DNA of 63,830 bases, the filler included, from Welwitschia mirabilis (lineage: Eukaryota): assembly GCA_051453625.1 (NCBI GenBank). It is 8 parts of one record of this genome, joined end to end, with 100 filler letters (N's around TTAATTAATTAA, not from the genome) between each part and the next. Parts side by side here need not be neighbours in the genome. Positions count along the whole stretch, not along the records: positions 37,286 to 57,820 come from JBOZIK010000001.1; positions 57,921 to 60,467 come from JBOZIK010000001.1; positions 60,568 to 63,830 come from JBOZIK010000001.1; 5 more parts are not named here. One strand, written 5' to 3'. The notes under the pieces are model-generated. The model was not told the DNA's origin and did not search any database. It was given only the letters and a program-made list of their open reading frames with translations. The number at the start of each line of letters is the position of its first letter. Within the stretch, counting starts at the first letter, position 1. The translations under genes were made by a program, and so were the position numbers. Of the stretch, positions 49,103-61,726 are shown in pieces.

Positions 49103-52100
49103 CTCTTAAGAAATGACAAATTCCTTTTAAATGATATTAGAGGACATAATAATAGTGTATTTAATCAGTGATTTATAGAACTCAAGTTATTATGCTACTA
49201 CTTAAAACCTTTCTTGATTAATTCCTCTGTATTGGATTGTATTATTGGGATTTCAAAAGGGGATTTTCCTATTTTAGATGGTGTGTTTTAGTTGAACAGA
49301 CTCTATGTCTATGTAAGTAGATTTACATGTTCATCAATTTACCAAAAAATAAAAGGATGAATCTATAATGAAACACATTAGTTCATTACAATGAAGAGAG
49401 TAACAATGTTATTTCCAATAATGCAGAAGATAACTATACAAAAATTTACAACATCTAAGTTGGAAACACATAGGGATCAGTCTTGATTATTGAAAATAGG
49501 ATAAAGATTAGGGAAAAGGCATAAATATCTTTCCTTTCTCTCTCAGATTAGAATGCCTATAGCTATGAAACTAGAAACAAATCAAATTATATTGAAGATA
49601 AGCCTCTTGCTATTTCATGCACAATTTTGGTTCTCAGTTAGGATATGAGGAAAAAATAAATCTACTAAATTTATTTAAGAATATTATCAATAATGGATTT
49701 TAATTATTTAATAAATTATTAATTCCAATGTTTAGTGTTGTCAAACAAGTGCATTTTTATATGATCAAACCATGATCAGCAATGTCAAATTAAGTTGTTT
49801 TTGGAATGTTATTCAAGACCCTCTTAGACAAATGTTAAATGCATTAAAAAAATTGCAGTGTTCTTTCTTTTATTCCAAATCCTTTTCCTGATATCTTGCC
49901 CATTTTTAAAGTTTCAAAACATTCCCTTAGCTATAAATCTTAATATTGTAGGTTTATTTTCTTGTTTAAAAAAAGAAAACAAAAAAAACAAAAAAAGAAG
50001 CTATTCTACATTAAAGATGTAGTGTTGTTAGAAGAAAAGTTAGAGGCTAGGTTTTATCTCATTATAGTATGATTGTATGAGAAGAATAGTGACATTCAAA
50101 TTCCATTCATTGAGTCATAGAAAATCTAGTTCCTATTTAGTAACCGATTTATGAATCTCTAAACATCAAGAGTGCATTATATTTCTCTTGAGGATTTGCA
50201 ATCTCCTACTATTCCTAGAAGAAGAAGAAAAGGCCATTTAAAAATTTCTTGATCATCAGAAGTATAAAACTTTCTATTAGCATAGATTTCTAGTAATACA
50301 TTAAGACACTAAAGATGTATCATCATTAGTAGACTACTATAGTTTCAATCCCTGTTTTTATTCCAGCTAAGAAAATTGAGGTTCTAAATTCTCAATCTTT
50401 GTAAATTTCCATTGTGTAGAGTCCTTTAAAATAAATACTAAGAGTCTTTGCAAGCTTATTATGTATTTTCCACTAGATTACTAGTTAAAATTAAATAAGA
50501 AAATAAATAAAAAAGATAAAATCTAATCAAGTGAAAGGATGATAAATAAAAGTGGGAATGTAGAATTCCTATATTACAGTTTCCTCATTTTTTACATGAG
50601 GTAAGTGTATAATCCTTATGTCAAAAATAAAAGATAACTGAACATATGTCTTAATTAAGATTTTCACATATGTGAGTTGTTTCACTATAAAGGTGAAGAT
50701 CTAAAATGATGAAAATGATTTGAGCGAATGATGAAAATGCAACTTGAAGGAGATTTAAACATGTATATAAAATAAATGATAAGTAAATGATTGGATAATG
50801 ACAAAAGGTTATAAATGGAATAGCAAGAGATAATAAGAAAAATGATAGAGAAAAATACATGATTAATTGAAGTAGAAATAAATCAAAATGATTTTATGAG
50901 AGGTGAAAGGTTATGAAATGGGAGACAAAAGAAGTAAGATTAATGATCAACAAAAAGCATATGACAAAAGAAATTTGGGTACTAATGGATAATTCATTAG
51001 CTAAAAAGTGGAAATAGGCTTGAATTAATTTAGAGTGAATGCGAGAGATGACTTTGAGAAAATCAATTGCGAATACTAGAAAAAGACTAGATAGAAATGA
51101 ATAAACAAAGACATGAAGAATATTGATTATAATATCTCTAAATGTTAATTTAGTAATGTCTATTGGTATGAATCATGAAATTATTTGATGTCATTAATGA
51201 TGATTCAACACTAAACAACATAGAGTATCAAGTAATTAGGATGGTAATTATGACAATGTCTAGGTCATCCTATGAAGTATTAATGTGGTGNNNNNNNNNN
51301 NNNNNNNNNNNNNNNNNNNNNNNNNNNNNNNNNNNNNNNNNNNNNNNNNNNNNNNNNNNNNNNNNNNNNNNNNNNNNNNNNNNNNNNNNNNNNNNNNNNN
51401 NNNNNNNNNNNNNNNNNNNNNNNNNNNNNNNNNNNNNNNNNNNNNNNNNNNNNNNNNNNNNNNNNNNNNNNNNNNNNNNNNNNNNNNNNNNNNNNNNNNN
51501 NNNNNNNNNNNNNNNNNNNNNNNNNNNNNNNNNNNNNNNNNNNNNNNNNNNNNNNNNNNNNNNNNNNNNNNNNNNNNNNNNNNNNNNNNNNNNNNNNNNN
51601 NNNNNNNNNNNNNNNNNNNNNNNNNNNNNNNNNNNNNNNNNNNNNNNNNNNNNNNNNNNNNNNNNNNNNNNNNNNNNNNNNNNNNNNNNNNNNNNNNNNN
51701 NNNNNNNNNNNNNNNNNNNNNNNNNNNNNNNNNNNNNNNNNNNNNNNNNNNNNNNNNNNNNNNNNNNNNNNNNNNNNNNNNNNNNNNNNNNNNNNNNNNN
51801 NNNNNNNNNNNNNNNNNNNNNNNNNNNNNNNNNNNNNNNNNNNNNNNNNNNNNNNNNNNNNNNNNNNNNNNNNNNNNNNNNNNNNNNNNNNNNNNNNNNN
51901 NNNNNNNNNNNNNNNNNNNNNNNNNNNNNNNNNNNNNNNNNNNNNNNNNNNNNNNNNNNNNNNNNNNNNNNNNNNNNNNNNNAAGAAGAAAGGAAGATTT
52001 ACCTCTTAATCAAGAGGGTCTTCTTACTCAATTGCTTTTATTATGTGAAGAGTGATATGATAATCATTAGTATAATCTCAACTATTATCCATTAACACTA

Positions 52101-52689
52101 AGTTCTTTATTAGTACCTGAATTAGAAACTTAACAAAGCCATACAAAATGCATTTCTCTATAAAGTAAGACTTCAACCACTTAAAGATTAACTTGTTATA
52201 GAAATGTACCTAAATGTCATGCAATAAAATAAAATAAGTTAATTAAAGATATATTAATGATAAGTTTAAGATGAATTAAGCATAGAATGGAAATGGAAAA
52301 CTACATGACTAATTATTGAAGGAAAATGGGTGTATGGAACATGCTATTATCAAATAGAAGGATGGATGTTTGGAATAAGAATATAGCATGGAAGAGCTTA
52401 TATAAGGAAATGTAAATGCATGCAATGAACTACTATGACAAGAAATGATNNNNNNNNNNNNNNNNNNNNNNNNNNNNNNNNNNNNNNNNNNNNNNNNNNN
52501 NNNNNNNNNNNNNNNNNNNNNNNNNNNNNNNNNNNNNNNNNNNNNNNNNAATTAAATCAAAAATTATATTGCATGTTTAGATAAACTGAAAATTTAAGAT
52601 TAATTAAAGTTATCATCATTACATAATTATCAATTACTAATTTCACATTAAAAAACCATGTACCTAAGTACAATGACATGAAAAAAAAT

Positions 52690-55600
52690 AATTTTTATAA
52701 GACTCAAAACTACATCAATGATTATGGGTCCTTATGTGGAGAGGATTGAAACTCAACATCCATGTCAGTATCTCCCTTACTACCTGTTTCATAGGTGGCT
52801 CAATGATAGGCTTCTAAATATCTAAAAAGAAATGGAAGATGTGCTCATGTAAGTTGGATGTGGTCACATCATGATGGACACAAACTACCTCAAGGATGCC
52901 CACCGAAGTATCCTGCAGAATATCAATCACCCTCTCTAAGGTAGCTCGACTCTGCTCCTCTATAGTGCAGACGTGTGTCTTCAACTGATCAAGTCATGAA
53001 TATATCCTTTACTCCATCCCTTCTAATAATGTATTGATCTAATCTAAGATGATGCCTCCAGCTGCTTGAGTCTGTCCATGAGGAGGTGGCTGTGCTGCAG
53101 GTGCCTCATTAAGAGCTGGTGGCGCCATACAAGGTATCTATATTCCCAGTTACCTGAAGTGTGTATCATCAACTGTACTATGTACTAAATGAGGAGTATT
53201 TGCTATAATGGGGATCTCAAATCATCAGAAAATAGCACTCAGTAGACAGGGATAAATAATGGTAGAAAATTGACACTAGGTGCTCATCCATCTCAGTCGG
53301 CACCAGATGAAGATAGCTAAATGCATCCTCTCTATTAGCTAAATATGGACTAGAATCTAAAGATGGAAAATCATAGCATATAAGTCATAACATACTAGAG
53401 CTATATTATGGATAATGCCTTGGTGAAGAATGCGGTAATAAGAAGGAAAATATATCACAGTGACCCCTTGTCGATCATCACTTGTAGAATATGATAAATC
53501 CAGCTAGATGATATAATTTTATCTTTTTGACTCATCTCCACTAAGATTAATCATCTCCCCATCTCTAGGAAACCTTGTGATGGTTGTGATGTGCTACAGC
53601 TTAATATATGTATGACGTCCTTCTACAGTGGCTCTGATCTAGTCATAACGTGAGTTGTCCTCCCTGGTGGCTAAGATAACCTTAAAGGTCTAATAGAATA
53701 AATAATCTTCACCTCATAGTAAGAGCCATGAGCATGTAATAACTAGTCTTGAATACCAAGCTCCTTTAGTGCATAGTCTAAGCCAGTCTCAAGTCTCTGA
53801 ATGTAATCACTAAAATGCATCTCCTTCTAGTAAATAATAGAAGCAAGGCTATGCCTCCACTTCTAGAGAATAGCCTCTCGTTCCCATTGTTTTGGTGTTC
53901 AGGTAGTGGCAGAGTGTGTGCGGGTTCCAGAAGAGGATGTACCTATGTTACTACATGAATAAATCCATAAAAATAAATATGTGCCATTTGAGAGAAAATG
54001 GAAAAAAATTCATAACTTTACTTATATGCAACTAAATGTTCTTCTGTAAGAACCAAATCGTAGCTAATGAAACAAGAATTGATTTGAATCTAACATGACA
54101 AAAGCTACTACAAATTGAGTGCATAATGAGTGAAAAACTTCAAAAAGTTAAAAACATGAAATTTCATGAGAAAATACTCATAATTTTAAATTTAATAAAC
54201 AAAATTTGATTCTATAAGTTTTTAATCATAGACCGGTAANNNNNNNNNNNNNNNNNNNNNNNNNNNNNNNNNNNNNNNNNNNNNNNNNNNNNNNNNNNNN
54301 NNNNNNNNNNNNNNNNNNNNNNNNNNNNNNNNNNNNNNNNNNNNNNNNNNNNNNNNNNNNNNNNNNNNNNNNNNNNNNNNNNNNNNNNNNNNNNNNNNNN
54401 NNNNNNNNNNNNNNNNNNNNNNNNNNNNNNNNNNNNNNNNNNNNNNNNNNNNNNNNNNNNNNNNNNNNNNNNNNNNNNNNNNNNNNNNNNNNNNNNNNNN
54501 NNNNNNNNNNNNNNNNNNNNNNNNNNNNNNNNNNNNNNNNNNNNNNNNNNNNNNNNNNNNNNNNNNNNNNNNNNNNNNNNNNNNNNNNNNNNNNNNNNNN
54601 NNNNNNNNNNNNNNNNNNNNNNNNNNNNNNNNNNNNNNNNNNNNNNNNNNNNNNNNNNNNNNNNNNNNNNNNNNNNNNNNNNNNNNNNNNNNNNNNNNNN
54701 NNNNNNNNNNNNNNNNNNNNNNNNNNNNNNNNNNNNNNNNNNNNNNNNNNNNNNNNNNNNNNNNNNNNNNNNNNNNNNNNNNNNNNNNNNNNNNNNNNNN
54801 NNNNNNNNNNNNNNNNNNNNNNNNNNNNNNNNNNNNNNNCATGTTGTGGGGATGACATAGAGCACAACCATACAAAGCAGCCGAGTACAAAAATCACAGC
54901 CGTCATTCCCTATATCGTGGGGATGACATATGAAGTGAAAACCTTTCCAAATTCAAATTTAGCCTAGATTTTGATGTTATACCTTAAGCATGGGGTGCAT
55001 TTTAATTCTCAATTCAATTTTTATGAAATGTAATGTAGTAATCAGAAATTATGTAAATGCCAATATAATGAATGTAGGCTTAAAAATTTTAATTAAATTA
55101 GGCTCAAAATTGAAAATAAATCATGGATCCTGAATCAATGATCTATGAAGAATCTAATGACAAGGCTTAATTTCCCCAATTAGCCAAGAATAGCATTTGA
55201 AGGGGTCTAATATGGATGTCCAAAAAACTTTTGATGTTTTAGTGATTTTCTTAAGGTTATACTCATTCAAATTGAAGTGCCATTAGGTTTTCTAGCTAAG
55301 AGGAGGATAAGGATCATGAATTATGAAATAAATTTGCCATATCTTAAGTTTTGATGTGCTCTTAAGTGTCATTGAAATGACATAGGGAATGACAGTTGTG
55401 TCCATTATCATGACAGGTAAAGACTACTTCTTTTAATGCAAATGCAAAAGATAAGTTTCAAATTTCAAGTGGGGCAGTCATATGAATATCTAAAAAGTTT
55501 AACCGATATTAGGTATAATAGAAATTTAAGGTAAAAATGGGTCATGAGGTAATAAAGATATAAAATGGACATTGCAATTTTAAAATGCATAAATTTAAAC

Positions 55601-57820
55601 CTTAACATGTTCATAATGTTTTTCAAGGCTAGTAGTTGAATGATAAAATGCATAGAGTCCATTATAGATAACTTGACTTGGCTAAATAATTAAACCTAAT
55701 AAGAATTTTAAGAGAATGCAATTTTGTTTTGAGAATTTTTAACTTAACTATGAAATTATAGAATAAATGAATTTAAAAGACATGAAGAAGGTTGGTCCTT
55801 TATATTCTAGATGAAAACCTAATAAGATCCACATAGAATAATTGTATTACTAATTAATGTGAAAGATATACATGATACAATGCTTAAAGATAATAGATTT
55901 AGAAGTAAGTGATTATGAAGAGATGCTTATCAAGGTACTCATAGAATTTTTGAGTGCTTTTTATTTTCCTTATTCTTTCTTTCTCTTCCTCCTCCCCATT
56001 TTTTTATTTTATTTTTTTAATTTTTTTGGGGTGTTTTATTTAGAGAGGAAGATTAAGTATTAATAGACACCGTTCTTCATAGTAAGGGAGCTACAACCAC
56101 TGCCATAGGAGAAGGGATCCACAGGTAAAAAGCCAATCATAATTAACTATCCTCTAGGTGGAGTTTTCACAGCTACTATATCACACTGCTAAAAGAGAAT
56201 AGACTCAAAAGCCAACTGTCCCTCTGGTGCACTTGTGGTAGAACATCATGGAATTAAACACATTTTCCTTTCTTATTTTAAAGGTGTTTGTACTTTTCTA
56301 ATGAGGTAATTGATGAGCATTAAGTATTCATAAGTATTTGAATACCTTTAGTTTGGATAAAGATAAACTCATTACTTGTTAAACTTCATGAATCTTAATG
56401 ATGAAGCATTGGTCATGTGAAAGATGATTAAGTAGGCTAATGAATCCAAAATAGGTTAAGTTAAGAGGTCATCTAGACAATAACAAATGAAATGGACTCC
56501 TCTTTTTTAAGGAGAGGATCCTCTAATTCAACTACTTTTATCATGTTGGCTGAGTAAGAGCAATCATCAGGTGACTGATAATGCTTCAAATGTTGTCTAT
56601 TTACCTTCATTATTTCATTAGTTTTTAGGCCAAAAATCTCAACTAAACCATTAGAATGCACTTTCTCAATTAGATATGAGCCTAACCATCTAGAAGTCAG
56701 TTTGTTATGAATTAAATGAAATCTAGCATTAAAGAGTAGAACATACTGGCTAGGGTAAAAGTCTTGATGTATAAGGTTTTTATCATGTCCATATTTGACT
56801 TGGGCTTTGACTACAAGTTGGTAATGGAGAGCTTGAGTTCTCTTTTCATCAAGGTAGTTCAATTGGGTTAATATTTCTTGAATATTGTCAATCTAAGAAA
56901 CAAGGTCAAGTTGATGAAGTATTTTGTAAGAATTATCGCATACATCAACNNNNNNNNNNNNNNNNNNNNNNNNNNNNNNNNNNNNNNNNNNNNNNNNNNN
57001 NNNNNNNNNNNNNNNNNNNNNNNNNNNNNNNNNNNNNNNNNNNNNNNNNTGTCAATCTAAGAAACAAGGTCAAGTTGATGAAGTATTTTGTAAGAATTAT
57101 AGCATACATCAACTAGAAGCACACATGTTTTCCCATAGACAAGTTCATAAGGAAAGAAACATAAATAATTATGCCAAGTCATACGATAAGCTCAAAGGAC
57201 ATCATTAAAATGAAGTACCCATGATTTCCGAGATTTGTTATAGAGTTTGAAGAGTATTTTCTTAATTTCATGATTAGCATTTTCCGCTTGCTCATTTGAT
57301 TAGGGTGATAAGAATTATCTATTCTATGTTCAATCCAAACTAAAAGTAAGAGTTTTTTAAGCATTGTATTAATAAAGTGAGTTCCTTGGTCANNNNNNNN
57401 NNNNNNNNNNNNNNNNNNNNNNNNNNNNNNNNNNNNNNNNNNNNNNNNNNNNNNNNNNNNNNNNNNNNNNNNNNNNNNNNNNNNNNNNNNNNNNNNNNNN
57501 NNNNNNNNNNNNNNNNCCACTAAGATATAATGCTTTTCACATGAAGGGGGTTTAAGAGGTCCTACAAAGTCTATACCTCAATAATCAAAAGTTTTAAATT
57601 CCAAGATAGGTGTACGAAACATATTATGAATTCAAGTAAGACCTTCAGTTCGTTGATAAGAATCACATTTCCTACAAAGTCAAAGGCATCTTTGAATATA
57701 GAGGGCTAATAGAATCCTGAATGTAAGATTTTCATAGAAGTCTTTTGGCCACTAAAAAGACATCCACAAACTTCACCATGACAAAGAAAAAGAATGTCTT
57801 TTTACTTCCATTCGGGAACA
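52690..57820 (-). mobile_element. Athila-like integrase, 3' UTR and extra ORF
   Basis: Integrase at 56473-57820: DQGTHFINTML and VLLFNARFHLIHNKLTSRWLGSYLIEKVHSNGLVEI...KVNRQHLKHY. Conserved UTR block at 56070-56245. Gaps and 54950-55900 may include other inserts. Confidence 0.75.
52720..53950 (-). pseudogene. Extra ('env-like') ORF, second subtype
   Basis: Minus-strand translation VIYFPSYYRILHQGIIHNIALV...ILVHI*LIERMHLAIFIWCRL...IIYPCLLSAIF**FEIP. Homologous to 25650-27118 and 36034-36346, and more distantly to 1700-2930. Confidence 0.7.
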
Positions 57821-57920
57821 NNNNNNNNNNNNNNNNNNNNNNNNNNNNNNNNNNNNNNNNNNNNTTAATTAATTAANNNNNNNNNNNNNNNNNNNNNNNN
57901 NNNNNNNNNNNNNNNNNNNN

Positions 57921-60467
57921 ATAGGGTTTTCGTTAAGCCTATTAATCCATTGGGTAGCAGGTTTATTTCGTGAGGGATTTTTCTTTTTATTACTAAGTGA
58001 AGAAGAGAAGGAATGATTTTCCAAGATTTCTATGTCCTCTTCCTCATTGTTCTTGTCGTTTTGCGAAGTTGAAGCCTTACAAGTAGAAGGAGTTGTGTTA
58101 ATTCCACTCCTTGTCACTACCTTACAATCTTTTCATACTTCATTATGGTTTGGTAAAGGTTGAGTGGTAAAGGTCCCTTATGGTCTTTAGTTGGCAAGCA
58201 TGATTTGTTACAAGATGTTTACTAGAATTTCTATGTTTGCATTTGTCTTTTCTTGGGCTTTTCTTAACTCCTCGATAGAATTCCTAATAGGATCACTATG
58301 GTTCTAGGAGTTGGAAGGGTTTGACAAGTTATTTTGATAGTTGAATTGAAGTTTTAATGATCAAATCTATTTTGGTATGATTAGGAATTAGGATAATGTG
58401 TTTGAAAATTATTAGGTTATTCATTCATCCTATGTTGATAATTATGATTAGAGGGTCCTTGGTTTAAAGCATGAAATTCTTCATAAATTCTCTCTTTTCA
58501 TGTAGGAAGTAAAGGACACTCTTTCGTGATTTGATAACTATCCTCGCATAAATCACAAGTTGGAATGATAATTTAACTTTTCTTAGTTGCCACTTTAGCA
58601 TTAAAGATCAATCTGGGTGTATTTCTCTAAAGTAGATGTGAAACCATTAATAACACTAGTTGGTTCATGTTCTATTTTGGTTGTAGCTTTCTCATGTTTA
58701 ACTTCTTTGAGGTCTTTGATGATTTGACCTACTGTTCTATTTTCTCTAGATGAGGGTTTGGCCAAGTTTGAATTACTTTGACTAAATNNNNNNNNNNNNN
58801 NNNNNNNNNNNNNNNNNNNNNNNNNNNNNNNNNNNNNNNNNNNNNNNNNNNNNNNNNNNNNNNNNNNNNNNNNNNNNNNNNNNNNNNNNNNNNNNNNNNN
58901 NNNNNNNNNNNNNNNNNNNNNNNNNNNNNNNNNNNNNNNNNNNNNNNNNNNNNNNNNNNNNNNNNNNNNNNNNNNNNNNNNNNNNNNNNNNNNNNNNNNN
59001 NNNNNNNNNNNNNNNNNNNNNNNNNNNNNNNNNNNNNNNNNNNNNNNNNNNNNNNNNNNNNNNNNNNNNNNNNNNNNNNNNNNNNNNNNNNNNNNNNNNN
59101 NNNNNNNNNNNNNNNNNNNNNNNNNNNNNNNNNNNNNNNNNNNNNNNNNNNNNNNNNNNNNNNNNNNNNNNNNNNNNNNNNNNNNNNNNNNNNNNNNNNN
59201 NNNNNNNNNNNNNNNNNNNNNNNNNNNNNNNNNNNNNNNNNNNNNNNNNTTCTAAAGTTTAGTTTAAGAGGTTACCTTCATAAGAGAAATCTATAAGTTG
59301 CTTAGGATGACTATTTAACCCACTATAGAAATAGTCTATTAATTCTACCTCAGAAAAGGCGTCTACTGGGTTTGAGTGTAAAGCAACAAAGAATTATTCA
59401 TAGGCAGAGGCATAGCCTTCATTAGGCAGTTGTTGGAAGTTTGTAACTTCTTTCTTACATTTCTGGATGGTGGTTTCATTCATAAATCTTTTGATAAAGA
59501 CTTCTTAAACTTGGCTCCAAGATTTTAGGATCTTATGAGGGCTTGTTCTAAGCCAAAGTTTAGCCTTATCTTATAATGTGATGGGAAAAATGACCATATA
59601 GGTTCTATCAATTATGCGCTTTTTACTATTTCCAGATGTAAGAATGAGTTGTTCAATTTCAGCAATGTGTTGTAGGGGGTCTTCATCAGGTTATCCTCGA
59701 AAGGTAGGATAAGAATTTAAGTTTTTAAGTTCCACATCATTGCCTAGAGGTAAATAGAAAGGGTTTTGAATTTTAATTCTTTTATTCACTATGAGATCTC
59801 TCAGAGTCACATGAGGAGTAGGAGTAATAGTTCCAATGACAGGTGGTGGATTTCGCAAGATAGGTTATTTTTGATGAGAGGTTGACATGGTATTAGATTT
59901 TTCAAAATTAAAATCAGATTCTTCTATAGAATTAAAAACAGAAATTTCAGGAAATTTTAAAGTTTGCGTACCTAGGCTATTTTGATTTTTAAATTCAAAA
60001 TTTAGCAAACCTTATCTGATATTTTTTTGTAATGAACTGCCTCTTTCTCTGGTATTTTTCACCTTTCCCTATTTTTACCATTCAGTTTTAGTTCTTAAAA
60101 GGTGTCATCCTGCACGTTGTCCAGATGATAACATGGACGATAGAGACAGAAAACACAGATAATCATAAAACAAGGAAAAGTATAAATCAGGACAGTCATC
60201 CGACTATTGATGTTTGGACGACGTAGAAGTTGTCAGTGGTACACTGCTACTGCAACAAATACCGGAATATCCACTGAAGAAATGACAACTCTCAATTTCC
60301 AAGCAGCCTTTCCCAGCAACGACACCAATTTGTTGCAGTGTTAATTTATGCAATGTTTCATGCCTTAATTTAAATCCTATTAATTACAAATAAGATGCAT
60401 AAATATAGCATGCTAGTATAGTCAGAGTGATTCGAATGTCGTAATTCTATTAAAAGCCAATGGTATG
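57921..60467 (-). mobile_element. Athila-like LTR 3' end (60331-60467), PBS (60310-60327), 5' UTR and gag
   Basis: PBS TGGTGTCGTTGCTGGGAA is the least decayed copy. gag NLNSYPTFRG*PDEDPLQHIAEIEQL...IFPITL*DKAKLWL, and post-gag TTQPLPNHNEV...MTRSG. Confidence 0.85.
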
Positions 60468-60968
60468 NNNNNNNNNNNNNNNNNNNNNNNNNNNNNNNNN
60501 NNNNNNNNNNNTTAATTAATTAANNNNNNNNNNNNNNNNNNNNNNNNNNNNNNNNNNNNNNNNNNNNCTATATTTACAAATCACTCCAAATCTAAAGCAA
60601 ATCATAAAAGAATAAATCATATAAATAATGAGTGGAAAATGGTGTGCATACATCAAAAACAATTGAAATGATATAATGAATTTTAAACACAATTATGAAC
60701 ACAGTAGAAGCATTTGTTTCCTACCTAAGTTCTTTCCTAGCCTACTTTTTTAGTTAAATATTATAACTTTACCTAATCATCTTTTAACTTGACTTATGTC
60801 TTAACTTTATAAAGTATCATGATTAGTTTATACTTGAGCATTTATAAGTGGTAATATTGGATTTACCCNNNNNNNNNNNNNNNNNNNNNNNNNNNNNNNN
60901 NNNNNNNNNNNNNNNNNNNNNNNNNNNNNNNNNNNNNNNNNNNNNNNNNNNNNNNNNNNNNNNNNNNN

Positions 60969-61726
60969 GTATCACAAAGTAGTCATTCCTCAATGGAGGA
61001 TACGCCACCCAACACCAAGGTAACATCTCTCTGGATTACAAGATGATTCTCTGGTCTCAAGATCTCCTATCACGAGAATGTTAGGTACTATCGAAGATGA
61101 TTAGGAATTAAGGGGGAGAGCTTTATTTATAGACAAAAAGGAGAAAGAAACTAACAGAAAAACATAACAGAAACTCTAGCTATCATGAAAGGGAAAGTGG
61201 TAATTAACAAGCGATAACTCGGGAATACAATCTGTGAAAGTGTGGGATAACAGTGTCATCTAGGTGATCATCCAAACGATAGAGAAGATGATAGGATTTT
61301 ACAATGAGTTATATAGTTTGCTTTCAGTTTAACTATCTGTGATCTTCATGCAAACTGTTATTGACTGATATTGGAGTTATTGTCCACTAGTATCGTCTGG
61401 ATGATGAGGTGGACGATCACTTCAACTGCAAGCTATCTGTCCAACTAGGGTTATCGTCCTGACTATTGTCTAGACGACACAGGGGATGATAGTTTTCTCT
61501 ACATCCTTTATCAGTGTGATATCTGGTTGTTTGCAAGAATAATCATCTGAAAATACAATTTATCCATATCTATAGAAAATCCTCATGAATTATCTGATAA
61601 ATTGCATGTTTTCGTCTTGTGTTTTTAGATTCTCAATTGTCATAGGAACTAGGAATTTATCTATTAGTTTATCTGCAAAACAACTCAAACTATCCTATCA
61701 AATACACTTAAGTTGGCGTCGCAACA
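60969..61726 (-). repeat. Athila-like LTR, 5' part
   Basis: Starts TGTTGCGACGCCAACTTAAGTGTATTTGATAGGATA at 61726, the best-preserved terminus in the window. Retains TCGTC/GACGA palindromic units. Confidence 0.85.

Noticed and set aside
49400..52690. Possible exons or further LTR fragments in the AT-rich stretch
   Set aside because: I could not find termini, motifs or internal homology to support a call, so it is left unannotated.
56887..57113. Direct repeat of about 63 bp within integrase
   Set aside because: It flanks a run of about 100 N and is most likely an assembly overlap artefact.
14533..60523. Seven dispersed TTAATTAATTAA 12-mers
   Set aside because: Each is centred in exactly 44+44 Ns, so these are artificial scaffolding linkers, not a biological repeat or CRISPR array.
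60331..61726. A single continuous 5' LTR for the 57921-60330 element
   Set aside because: A linker, a gap and an unrelated plus-strand UTR fragment (60780-60868) lie between the two LTR pieces, so they are listed separately.
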